From the IMG/VR virus record IMGVR_UViG_3300027863_000030, positions 1-64,000 of that record: a stretch of 64,000 nucleotides of DNA; one strand, 5' to 3'. Shown here one piece after another: positions 1-9,354 of the stretch (its first letter is position 1; every line of letters starts with the position of its first letter). The position numbers were made by a program, and so were the translations under genes. The notes under the pieces are model-generated. The model worked only from the letters and a program-made list of their open reading frames with translations, was not told the origin of the DNA and did no database searches. The stretch is from a virus (Duplodnaviria; Caudoviricetes).

Positions 1-1
1 C

Positions 2-103
2 CGGATAGCCATCCGCAGGCTTGACTTGGAGCTCCCCTGTCCCATTTGTGGTGGGGTGGGGGAGATTAGTCGGGCCCGGATCGCTAGAGCCATCCGGACC
101 TAA
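2..103 (+). CDS. 3' end of a gene with a CxxCxGxG zinc-finger motif (truncated by window edge)
   Basis: Frame 2 reads ...ELPCPICGGVGEISRARIARAIRT* with TAA at 101-103. Confidence 0.5.
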   Translation, partial: RIAIRRLDLELPCPICGGVGEISRARIARAIRT

Positions 104-120
104 CCCTCCCCCTTATCTCC

Positions 121-253
121 CCCCCCTAGGCAAGTCCGCCACCTAGAGGGGGTTCAAACAACATAGGCGGACACCTGGTCTGACGAGGACTTTATTCCTA
201 GCCCACCTCGTCGGAGTTTTAACAATCGGGCTAGGCGGCTGAGCTCACAGCCG
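121..253 (+). ncRNA. Candidate structured RNA: two tandem H-type pseudoknots plus a hairpin
   Basis: PK1: 121-130/142-152 and loop GTCCGCC 134-140 with GGCGGAC 166-172. PK2: 179-188/206-215 and loop CCTAGCCC 197-204 with GGGCTAGG 228-235. Hairpin 236-241/248-253. Confidence 0.5.
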
Positions 254-331
254 TATAAGGGCAGAGTTCCCATGAGCATAAGTCTCCGCCAAGACCCCAT
301 CGAAGGGGTCGGGGGATCGGGAGGAAAGATC

Positions 332-652
332 ATGGTAAATCTGGTTCTTGATCGGTGTCCTTATTGCGGCGGCAGTGGAATCAAGACCTCCAGGTGCCAC
401 ACCTGTTCTGGAACTGGAAAGGTCGAGTTCGAGGGAAAGGATATGACCTGCCCGACCTGTAAGGGATCGGGTAGTTACGTCTATCGGGCCATGATTTCCC
501 GCCCCCAGGCCATCCCCTGCCCTCGGTGCGAGGGTAAGGGGAAGGTACTTCGACCGGTTCGGGGTACCCTCTTGGCTGAGGCCTTTGAGCAGGCCAAGGC
601 CAAGAAGGCTACTACCTCGGAGGCCAAGCCCTCTGCCAAGAACAAGGTTTAA
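332..652 (+). CDS. DnaJ-type zinc-finger protein (four CxxCxGxG motifs, no J domain)
   Basis: CPYCGGSG, CHTCSGTG, CPTCKGSG, CPRCEGKG; GGAGG upstream of ATG 332 (ORF track starts at 272). Confidence 0.8.
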   Translation: MVNLVLDRCPYCGGSGIKTSRCHTCSGTGKVEFEGKDMTCPTCKGSGSYVYRAMISRPQAIPCPRCEGKGKVLRPVRGTLLAEAFEQAKAKKATTSEAKPSAKNKV

Positions 653-660
653 GCTCGACT

Positions 661-718
661 TTCCCCTGGGGAATCCAGTTCGTCTCGATTGGACTGGAAG
701 CTCCCCAGGGGAATTTTA
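661..718 (+). terminator. Long GC-rich hairpin after the zinc-finger gene
   Basis: TTCCCCTGGGGA...TCCCCAGGGGAA followed by TTTT; a second long hairpin lies at ~751-798. Confidence 0.5.
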
Positions 719-1025
719 CTACGTTTGATTAACCCCTCCCCTCCTTTCTTTCTCCCAGTTCCTTTTAGTCAAATCTAGACTAAAAGGGACTAGGAGAGAA
801 AGGGGGGTTGGTCTTAAAATTGGTTTACTGATATTTTTGTTGTACAAATCCAAAGGAACTAAAAAGATTAGTTCTAGCTAATACATATTGAACTAGGACA
901 AACCCAAAATTCTAACTAGCTTTACAAAATTTTCTGGTCGAGCCCCCGACCATAAAGCGTATGGGGAAAGATCTTCCCCAGCAGGGGCATAACTCCCCAT
1001 CGAGAGGGGAGATAAGGAGGGGCCT

Positions 1026-2123
1026 ATGAAAAACAACATGGCTCCCGTAATTAGAGAATTGAATAATAGATTTATTGCGAGGAATCGAGAAATTGAAATT
1101 GCAATTCTGGCTCTACTAAGTAAGGAGCATTATTGTGTGATCGGTCCCCCAGGGACTGCAAAGTCGCAACTAATCACAGAATTGGGAAGATTGATTGGAT
1201 TGAATACATTTAGTTGGTTAATTCACAAGACTACCACATTGGAAGAGCTATTAGGACCCATTTCATTGAGTGGTTTAGAGTCAGACAAGTACTTCCGTAT
1301 TACCACTGGCAAGTTGCCAGAATCGGAAATTGCCTTTATTGATGAGATTTGGAATGCGACTATTATATTGCCAGCATTAAACTCAATTTTGAATGAAAGA
1401 ATTTTCTATAATGATGGTACTCCAATTCATTGTCCCCTGATTAGCTGTTATGCAGCGAGTAACCAATTACCTAATAAGAATGAATCAGAACTAGTAGGAA
1501 CATTCGATCGATTCGTTTTTAGAAGTATAGTGGATTACACAAAAGATTCCAATGATTTTAGAAGGCTTATAGAATTGCCTGAATTTCCTCCCAGTCAACC
1601 AATTATGAGCAAGTCTGAGCTGGAAGAAATTGACAAAGATATTCAAACGATTCAGGTTTCGAATTTGGTTCTGGATCAATTGGTTGAATTGTGGAATAAG
1701 CTAAGATTCGAAGGAATTATTGTAAGTGACCGAAGGTGGCGGAAAGTTCTCAAGATTCTGAAATGCAAAGCTTACTTAGAGGAATGCGGGTCAGTTGATT
1801 CTGACCATTTTGAGATTCTTACGTATGTGCTCTGGCAGGAACCAGAGCAAATCGAAGTTATTAACAAGATTATTCTTTCAATGGTTTCGCCTATTAGGCA
1901 AACTCTAATCGAGTATCTAGATATTTGTAATGAACTAGAGAGAAATTGTTCAGATTTGGCCTCGACGCTTGAGGCCAATAAGGGAATTAAAGATATTTTG
2001 GCCAAAATTGAGGCCCTGACTCCAATGACTCCAAAAGATTCTGACCTAATAGCCAAGTACAAAGAAGATATTACCGCTATTCACAAGAGAATTGTTGACA
2101 GGGCTCTTCAAGGAGGGCTCTAA
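1026..2123 (+). CDS. MoxR/RavA-family AAA+ ATPase
   Basis: Walker A GPPGTAKS, Walker B FIDEIW, ASN sensor, FDRF, SDRRW; VWA gene nearby. Confidence 0.92.
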   Translation: MKNNMAPVIRELNNRFIARNREIEIAILALLSKEHYCVIGPPGTAKSQLITELGRLIGLNTFSWLIHKTTTLEELLGPISLSGLESDKYFRITTGKLPESEIAFIDEIWNATIILPALNSILNERIFYNDGTPIHCPLISCYAASNQLPNKNESELVGTFDRFVFRSIVDYTKDSNDFRRLIELPEFPPSQPIMSKSELEEIDKDIQTIQVSNLVLDQLVELWNKLRFEGIIVSDRRWRKVLKILKCKAYLEECGSVDSDHFEILTYVLWQEPEQIEVINKIILSMVSPIRQTLIEYLDICNELERNCSDLASTLEANKGIKDILAKIEALTPMTPKDSDLIAKYKEDITAIHKRIVDRALQGGL

Positions 2124-2124
2124 T

Positions 2125-2589
2125 ATGGTGGAAGTAGTTGAAAGGAAAGATGGAGTATTTAACGATTATGGAGTCTTACAAGATTGTTTCAAAATTATGG
2201 AATCAAATTTTCAAATCAAGTCTATTCTGTTTAGTTCTAGTTACGCAGTAAAGATTGATTCAAACCAAGTGTCAATTGAAAAGGATTCTCGATTTGATTC
2301 TTATGAGTTCTTTAATGTTAGTAATCATAGGGTTAATATTCGGACGGTTAAATCAAGGGAACCATTCTTTCTAGTAGAAGTTCAATTACCATTCGTTCCA
2401 ATTGAAGCATTAAGGGTTGATTTAGAGTTATTCCTGGTTCCAATCCAGATTATCCCTCGAGGAAGATTCTCATTGTTTAGTCAGAAATGCTTTAGAGTTT
2501 TCAATTCTGAGGAACTCGAATCAATTCTGAAAGAATTTTCCAGCAAAGTTACTAGGGCTAGTCTTTTATTTATGACGTATGAAGAATAG
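2125..2589 (+). CDS. Hypothetical protein
   Basis: ORF between the AAA and VWA genes; GGAGG before ATG 2125. Confidence 0.6.
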   Translation: MVEVVERKDGVFNDYGVLQDCFKIMESNFQIKSILFSSSYAVKIDSNQVSIEKDSRFDSYEFFNVSNHRVNIRTVKSREPFFLVEVQLPFVPIEALRVDLELFLVPIQIIPRGRFSLFSQKCFRVFNSEELESILKEFSSKVTRASLLFMTYEE

Positions 2590-2598
2590 GAGGTGCAG

Positions 2599-4033
2599 CA
2601 TGGGAGAAAACAACCTTCTCGAATTGAGCAAATTAGATAAAATGTATTTCAATCACGTCAAAGAATTTGAAGTGGTTGCTAATTGTCTCCAATCCCAAAG
2701 GACTCCCCACTGGGAACCCCTAGTGGAAGATATATTTGCGTCATTGTATAAAGTTAGTCCCAAGATTCGAGAGATCAAGCAGATACCCAAGTCTTTATCC
2801 GTGAACAAAACGATTCTTGACCAATTGTTTGACCTAAAAGAATGGAAACAAATTAGAACGAAAACAGTACTAGATGAGTTCGCTTCCGCAATTTCTTTAA
2901 GCAATATGATAGAATTACTTAGAATTCCTGAGGAGTCTGAAGAGCAAATCCGGAAATTGAAACAGTACGAAGACCAACTAGAGGAGTTAAATTCAATGTT
3001 CCAGACATTGTCTGAATCTGGGAAGGCGAATTCACCACTGGCCCAGAGTATTCAAAGTCAATATAGTCAGCTAAAACAAGAATATGACCAAATGCAAGCC
3101 CCCTCGATTGATGAGGGAGCAATTAGGACTGCTATTAGGAAATCTATTCAAGAAACTAACGAAGAATTAGATAGAATTGAAGCTATGTCATTTGGCCGTG
3201 AACCCGGTCAAATAACTCAAACCAGTATTGAGGAGAAACTAAAGATAGTTCAAAAATTGCGAAGAAATAACAAACTAAAAGAACTATCTGAAAAATTAGG
3301 TCGTTATCGTAGAATACTCTCAAGTATTCGAAAGAATAAAGTTCGTCATTCTTCTGGAGAGATTACAACGTTGGAATTCGGGAATGACTTATCCCGAGTC
3401 CTTCCAGTAGAACTGGTCTTTTTGAAAAGACCGGAATTGAAGAAAGTATTTAAGAGAAAGTTCATTGAAAATCAATTGCTAATGTATGGGACAAAATTGC
3501 CCCAACCAGAATCCAAGGGGCCAATCTATGTTCTAGTAGATGGATCTGGCTCTATGGAAGGAGCCAAAGAAATTTGGTCCAAGGCTACCGTTCTAGCCTT
3601 GATTCAATTGGCATTTGAGGAGAATCGAGAAATTGTCTTATCTCAGTTTGGAAGTAAGTCGGAGTTCTATTCAGTTGGTCCAATTAGAAAAGATACTCCG
3701 AATGTTACTGAAATGATCCTTGATTTTTCATCATTCTTCTTTGGTGGGGGCACCGATTTTGAAATGCCCCTAAGTAAGGCTAAAGAATACATATCTAACA
3801 GTAAGAAGAATGATATCGTATTTATTACGGATGGAGAATGTTCTATTTCTTCCCAGTTTCAATCTGATTTTAGTCAATGGAAACAAGAAACTAAAACTAA
3901 ACTCGCAACAATTATAATTCGAGGCTATTCTAATAACCAATTAGTTGAGATCTCAGACTTGGTTCTTAGAGTCAATTCGTTTAATGAGGATTCGGACCAA
4001 GTAACGATGGAATTGTTTAAGGCTATCGATTAG
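2599..4033 (+). CDS. ViaA/CoxE-like VWA-domain protein (MoxR partner)
   Basis: GNDLSRVLPVE, MIDAS DGSGSM, GGGTDF, FITDGE; GGAGG before MGENN (start approximate; ORF track starts at 2579). Confidence 0.9.
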
Positions 4034-4077
4034 AACAATAAGAAAAACAAAAAAGCAAAAAAGAAAAAGGAGGGAGC

Positions 4078-4995
4078 ATGAATAACATCGACAAAAAGAT
4101 CCTCGTTCTACTTGGGGCACCAGACCCCGAAATGTTTAGAATCGAGCAAGTATGTAGATTACTAGGAATGCCAATATTGTATGCCCGAAAGGGCAATCAG
4201 AGAGTAAGTCCCAGTCAGGCCAAAGATTCCGATCCAATTGAGATTACGAATGATTATTATGAAATCATACAAGTTGAGTGCAGAGTCCCTCTAAAGTTCA
4301 AATCTTATTTCTCTCTTCCAAAAATCGTTACAATTGATCACCACGAGCCTGGGGATCCAGGCTCAGAATATGGGCCTTCAGAATTCGTTCGAGGGAGTTC
4401 GTTGGGACAATTCTTGTTGCATTTGTCTGAAATGTTTACATTTAACAAACTAGCAGACGTAGGATTTGTTTTGATTCCAGATTTGTCATTCCCCCAGCCG
4501 CTAGTGTTTTGTAATGATTGTTGGTTAATTAGAGACAAGTCAAGGAATTATTATCGAATATGTGATGATTTTAAGTTTGCAATGGCGGCTGATCATTGCC
4601 TCGGGGCGGCTTACCGAGGTGAGTGTCCGGGAGTAGACCCGGACCAATTGATGAGTTGGAGGCTTCAGATTAGGGCTGAATTCCAGAAAGTCCCTGTAAC
4701 TGATCTAATTAGCAAAGTCAGGTTTGCGATTAGTAAGATCAAATCCGCCCCCATTATTGGGCCAAATATTAGAGACCTCCGAGGAGAGGTCATTCCCGAG
4801 CTGCCCGAAGCTGGGGCAAGAGTTGGGGAGGCCATTCTTGCTGGGCCTCTAGAGGAGAAGGGCAAAGCAGGACTCAAGAAGTATGTATTGCAGTTTGCAA
4901 ATAAGGAACAAATCGATTACTTCTTAGCAATGGGTTTTCAGAATCCGTATTTTAATTACGAAAGAGGATTCGCAGGTGGCTATAGGGAGGAATAA
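4078..4995 (+). CDS. Hypothetical phage protein with a DHH-like motif
   Basis: LGAPDPEM...IDHHEPGDPG; strong RBS. Confidence 0.55.
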   Translation: MNNIDKKILVLLGAPDPEMFRIEQVCRLLGMPILYARKGNQRVSPSQAKDSDPIEITNDYYEIIQVECRVPLKFKSYFSLPKIVTIDHHEPGDPGSEYGPSEFVRGSSLGQFLLHLSEMFTFNKLADVGFVLIPDLSFPQPLVFCNDCWLIRDKSRNYYRICDDFKFAMAADHCLGAAYRGECPGVDPDQLMSWRLQIRAEFQKVPVTDLISKVRFAISKIKSAPIIGPNIRDLRGEVIPELPEAGARVGEAILAGPLEEKGKAGLKKYVLQFANKEQIDYFLAMGFQNPYFNYERGFAGGYREE

Positions 4996-5502
4996 TAGAC
5001 TTTTTGAAAAACGAAGAGCGCTACCTTGATACCTGTTTTCTGGAACTTATTGTATATGATTTGGTTCACTCATAATAAGTTACTTATAGTAATAGCTTGT
5101 ATTCTGACAATTTTAACAGGTGTGATTTGTTCTAATATACCTAGATTAGTAAAGTACTTTTTAGTTTGTATTTCGATTCTGGTTTGTTTTGGATTAGCTG
5201 GGGAAACGATTTTTGTTAAGAATTGTATATTTACTAAATTCGACCCCACTACCAGAACCAGAAATAGATACTTATTACCGATTGATTTATGTCTAGGGGG
5301 ACTACTAGGGGGAGGGGGGAGCGGCGTGTATTGCACCGCCAAATTCCTCCCTAATACTAAAGTAAAAAAGTAGGGTGAATGTGTATTATTTTTTTGTTTG
5401 TTCCGGTAAGATCTCATCTTTTCTACTTAGAACATAAACCATAGAGAAGAAAAGGGAGGATGAGAAAAAAGAAAAAATGTTCAAGAAAGGAGGATTGAAA
5501 TC

Positions 5503-5886
5503 ATGTCGGTTAGAACGAGATTGATTGAGAAAAATTACTCCCCATTGCTCGTTAGGAAATATCAGGCCTTTGGGTGGCCCTTATTTGTTGGAATTATTTG
5601 TGATTCGGATCTTGGTGACTTAGATGAATTGGTCTGGAATACCCTTAGTTCTGTTTCTCCAGAGAGTATCGATAAAGATCTTCAAGCTTGTAGGAACCTT
5701 GTTGGTAGTCTATTAGATACTATTGTTAAGTACTATCATGAAGAATCGAAGGGATCTGTTGAGGGAGTGGCTGTATTTTACTATGTTGATAAATGTGCGA
5801 TTAGTTCTTTGTATGGAGATTTCATGGTTCACAAAGCTTGTAGGGATGAGTTCTATTCAATTCTAAACATCTTGCCCCATATTTGA
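5503..5886 (+). CDS. Hypothetical protein
   Basis: AGGAGG RBS; first gene of an overlapping four-gene operon. Confidence 0.65.
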   Translation: MSVRTRLIEKNYSPLLVRKYQAFGWPLFVGIICDSDLGDLDELVWNTLSSVSPESIDKDLQACRNLVGSLLDTIVKYYHEESKGSVEGVAVFYYVDKCAISSLYGDFMVHKACRDEFYSILNILPHI

Positions 5887-6491
5887 AAAAGATGGGAGCA
5901 GTAGAGGGAAAAATGAAAGTTCTAATTTGCTCTCCCCATTGTGATGACGAACTAATTGGTTGTTTCTCAGCTTTGTATAATTTGTGTCAGAAGGAAGGAA
6001 ATGAAATTCTCATTTCTTATTGTGATTCAAAAAATGAGTCTAGAATTCTAGAAAGTAAGAACTTAGTTCCTATACTAGAGGAGCACGTACCTATATCTAT
6101 TTTTTCTACCATTGAGCAAACGTATTTCTACAGTGACGATTTGCTTGAGGTAAAATTGGGAAGAGTTCTTATGGAATGGGAACCTAGTATGGTCCTAGCT
6201 CCAGATCCTTATTCTGAGCACCACCCACTGCATAAATTTGTAGGATCATTTTGTAGACATTTTGTCTCTAAGTACTTAGACAACTCGTCTTTAATCTTTT
6301 ACTCAACTAGTATGCAATCTCCATTTTTATCTGAGCTTCCTTCTGATATAAGTTCTAAGAAAGAAAGAATTTTAAACTTAGTCTATCCGAGCCAGAAAGA
6401 TTTATGGCGATATGAAAAGAAGTATATTCTATTCGAGAGCTATATGGAGGAAGTCAGATGGTATCAAAGAAGAAAATTCCTAGACGATTAG
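5883..6491 (+). CDS. PIG-L/LmbE-family N-acetylsugar deacetylase
   Basis: SPHCDDELIG (HxDD) and EHHPLH zinc-binding motifs. Confidence 0.8.
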   Translation: MKKMGAVEGKMKVLICSPHCDDELIGCFSALYNLCQKEGNEILISYCDSKNESRILESKNLVPILEEHVPISIFSTIEQTYFYSDDLLEVKLGRVLMEWEPSMVLAPDPYSEHHPLHKFVGSFCRHFVSKYLDNSSLIFYSTSMQSPFLSELPSDISSKKERILNLVYPSQKDLWRYEKKYILFESYMEEVRWYQRRKFLDD

Positions 6492-7495
6492 TTATTGCTC
6501 CTCAGTTTCCAGCCAAACTAAGATACCAAGAATGGTGGATAAAGGAGTTTAGAACTAAGTTTTCTAACTATTTCTCACAAGTTGAGATATTGGGACCTGT
6601 TGATTCTTGCTTTCCGTTTGGCGAGTGTTTTGGGGAGTATTCCGTTGAATTTTCTCCCCAGAAAGCATCTATTCAGTGGGAAGCGAAGATGCTTGAAGAT
6701 TACTTTTATCTTAGACAAGATGATATTCTTTTTCTAACTGATATTAGTTATCCTGGAATCTTTCCTGCTTTGCTATTTCATGGTAGGCCGGATTATGTTT
6801 TTGCTTTCTGCCACGCCACTAGTTTGAATCGATATGATATTTTCTCTGGAATAAGAAAGAGGAAATTTGCTTACGAGAAACAAATCCTTGAGATGTGTAA
6901 TGGTGTTTTTGTAGGATCTGAGTATCATAGAAACAAACTTTTGGAAAAAGGCCGTGTTAATACAGAAATCTTTGTATCAGGAGTGCCTTTTCCTCCATCT
7001 TATGTAGCGGGAAGTAGATCAAAACTTACGGAAAGACAGCGAAATTCAGATCGGTCGATTACTATCGCGTCTCTAGCTAGACCATGCATGCAAAAAGTTA
7101 CAAAAAGAGTAGAGAAACGAGTCCAAAGGGAGATTGGTTGTAAGATTATTCGACCAAATGCTACAACCTGGAATCAGTACTATGATTTTATTTCTAAGTG
7201 CCTCATCGTTCTATCTACAAGCAAGGAAGAAACATTTGGTTACCAGATAATAGATGCTATTCTTGGAGGCGCTATTCCGTTGGCTCCAAATAAGTTTTCT
7301 TACCCGGAAATTCTTCCCTCATCGAACCTTTATGATAGTGTAGATGAACTAATTTCTAAGATCAAATTAGTACAGAGAGATCCAAGTCAATTTCGGTTAC
7401 GTCTAGAAGACTTGGATGTAACTTCGAGGTGTTCTTCATTCTACCACTTTGTTTCTAGTACAATTGGAGAATTCTTGAAGAATGGATCTAAGTAG
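6458..7495 (+). CDS. GT-B fold (GT4-like) glycosyltransferase
   Basis: ETFGYQIIDA (E-x7-E/D) followed by PLAPNKFSYPEIL. Confidence 0.8.
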   Translation: MVSKKKIPRRLVIAPQFPAKLRYQEWWIKEFRTKFSNYFSQVEILGPVDSCFPFGECFGEYSVEFSPQKASIQWEAKMLEDYFYLRQDDILFLTDISYPGIFPALLFHGRPDYVFAFCHATSLNRYDIFSGIRKRKFAYEKQILEMCNGVFVGSEYHRNKLLEKGRVNTEIFVSGVPFPPSYVAGSRSKLTERQRNSDRSITIASLARPCMQKVTKRVEKRVQREIGCKIIRPNATTWNQYYDFISKCLIVLSTSKEETFGYQIIDAILGGAIPLAPNKFSYPEILPSSNLYDSVDELISKIKLVQRDPSQFRLRLEDLDVTSRCSSFYHFVSSTIGEFLKNGSK

Positions 7496-8162
7496 TCTAT
7501 CTCAGCAAATTGCAGATGGTGTATTTAGTAGGAGCGTACTATCTGGAAATGTATTCAAAGATGTTATAGACTGGTTATTTTCCAGAGAAGATGCTCCGGT
7601 TCCATCTCATATTAAGAAAGATTCTAGGATCACAAATACGTATCTCATTAAATTGTTTCTTAAGAATGGAGAGTTCAATTACTTTTTGAATGGTTGTTTT
7701 AATCATTCTGGGACTTCACTTTGGGAGCTTGATAAACAGGATTTGCTTGTTTTCTTAAAGCATTGTATCTTGAAACTCAATCTTACTAGGAACTCAGTCT
7801 ATTATACCAAGAGTAGGAAAGCGAAGGATATTATTGAAAAGATTGAATCTAAGTTTCCTCTTCTAAAAAGCTATGAGTGTGAGTGTTTAGAGACTTGTTT
7901 TAATCCTACGATGCTTGAGGCTATTCTCTTGGGTGGAGCAATAAAAAAGAAGAGTTCTTCTAGAAAGAAAGATCTTCCTTCTCCCTCTTTATTACCAGAA
8001 AAAGAGGAGGAAGATTTGCTTTCCTCTTTAGATTCTTCCCTTCCTTCCTCTCCTCCTCTTTCTTTTGATCCTAATAGCTCTAAGGAACAAGAAAAAAAGA
8101 ACGAATCTTCCTTATCTCTGTATTCCTTTATTAGTGAGTCTTTTGAGATTGTCTCATTGTGA
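7482..8162 (+). CDS. Hypothetical protein with Ser/Pro-rich C-terminus
   Basis: 226-aa ORF overlapping the glycosyltransferase stop. Confidence 0.6.
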   Translation: MDLSSLSQQIADGVFSRSVLSGNVFKDVIDWLFSREDAPVPSHIKKDSRITNTYLIKLFLKNGEFNYFLNGCFNHSGTSLWELDKQDLLVFLKHCILKLNLTRNSVYYTKSRKAKDIIEKIESKFPLLKSYECECLETCFNPTMLEAILLGGAIKKKSSSRKKDLPSPSLLPEKEEEDLLSSLDSSLPSSPPLSFDPNSSKEQEKKNESSLSLYSFISESFEIVSL

Positions 8163-8309
8163 CAAATTTAAGTTATTTTTTTGTACATTTGTAGCAAAAT
8201 TGTTACCAAGATAAGTTCCGAATTCCATATTTCGATATCAAAAAGGCGTGATTTTGAGGTCTAATTTTTGCTATGCTAATTTTCTTAGGAAAATAAAATG
8301 AAAGGTTGT

Positions 8310-8342
8310 GGGGAGAGAGCTCAAAGAAGGGGCTCTCTCCCC
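8310..8342. terminator. Hairpin between convergent genes
   Basis: GGGGAGAGAGC (8310-8320) / GCTCTCTCCCC (8332-8342). Confidence 0.5.
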
Positions 8343-8427
8343 TCTAGGAAAGGAGGGTATGGATGGGTTATTTTTTTGTTCTAATGCTAGGGGAAACGAA
8401 AAAGTAAGAGAGATACTAGAACCTCTC

Positions 8428-9249
8428 TCAGTTTTCTATCAGCCCATCTATGAAGCAGTACTTTAGCGCTTCCTCTCCGCTCAACCAGAAGTTTTTATTC
8501 TTAATCAGATTATCTAGATCTTCTTTCTTACTGCATGAATTGGTTGCTATGTACGTATTGGCAATATCCTGAAATTTCCTTAGAACTCTAGATGTCTCTT
8601 CTGAGCTACTTGGAGTTTCCACTTTAAACAAAGAAAATGCCAGCAGTTCGTGCCACATAAGATGGGCAGTTCTAGATGCAAATCTGTGGCCTTTTGATCC
8701 AGATACTAAAACTAGAAATCCGGCGCTTGCCGCAAAGCCATAGCACCTGGTTTCTACAACCATGTCTTTTTGGGCTTCTCTAATTAAACCAACAATTCGC
8801 CAAGCCTCAAAAAGAGATCCCCCTGGGGATTGAATTTCTATAACTACATGTTTGATGTTTCTAGATCTGCACCAATCAATTAAGCGCCTTGCGTCTTCTG
8901 AGTCAATATTGTCAAGGAACCAAGTCACTTTCTCAATGTTCCCGTCTTTATCTATCTGAGGATAGATCTTAGGCATAGGCAGCCTGATATGTTCTAAGGG
9001 ATCTGGTTCTCGCAATCGAAAAGTTACTGGAACATGGCATCTAAAGCAATCGGAAACATCCCCTACTACCTTGGTTTTGGGGCACTGGCCTTTTAGCACA
9101 GGGGCTTGTGGACTAGATTGGGACACTGGTTGACTTTCTGGGTCTCCAGCGCTAATTAAAGAAGGTATCTGAAGAATGAAACAGATACATATCATACTTA
9201 TAAGAATTATTGTAGCAACTAGTTCTTTTCTTATTTTCTTTCTTATCAT
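8428..9249 (-). CDS. clpP: ClpP-like protease with N-terminal membrane anchor and CxxCH motif
   Basis: IQSPGGS, GFAASAG (catalytic Ser), LMWHE (His), WLSGEEALKYCFID; hydrophobic N-terminus; DCFRCH. Confidence 0.85.
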   Translation of the reverse strand: MIRKKIRKELVATIILISMICICFILQIPSLISAGDPESQPVSQSSPQAPVLKGQCPKTKVVGDVSDCFRCHVPVTFRLREPDPLEHIRLPMPKIYPQIDKDGNIEKVTWFLDNIDSEDARRLIDWCRSRNIKHVVIEIQSPGGSLFEAWRIVGLIREAQKDMVVETRCYGFAASAGFLVLVSGSKGHRFASRTAHLMWHELLAFSLFKVETPSSSEETSRVLRKFQDIANTYIATNSCSKKEDLDNLIKNKNFWLSGEEALKYCFIDGLIEN

Positions 9250-9280
9250 AGCTAAAGTCCTCGTTGCTAGTTTTTTGGTT

Positions 9281-9337
9281 TTGGTCCTTGCTCACCACTC
9301 TCTTCTATACTTACAAACAAAGGTGAGCAAGGACCAA
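9281..9337. repeat. Perfect 16-bp inverted repeat downstream of the sheath gene
   Basis: TTGGTCCTTGCTCACC (9281-9296) / GGTGAGCAAGGACCAA (9322-9337). Confidence 0.7.
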
Positions 9338-9354
9338 GATTCTCTCTTTTTTCG

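Noticed and set aside
180-235. Hammerhead ribozyme (CTGACGA core)
   Set aside because: No GAAA after a stem II, and the motif is sequestered in a 10-bp stem
100-330. tmRNA, tRNA or preQ1-I riboswitch
   Set aside because: No tRNA-like ends or T-loop, and no preQ1-I consensus recognised
5026-5417. Overlapping 115-aa ORFs on both strands
   Set aside because: No clear RBS or motif; cannot decide which, if either, is real
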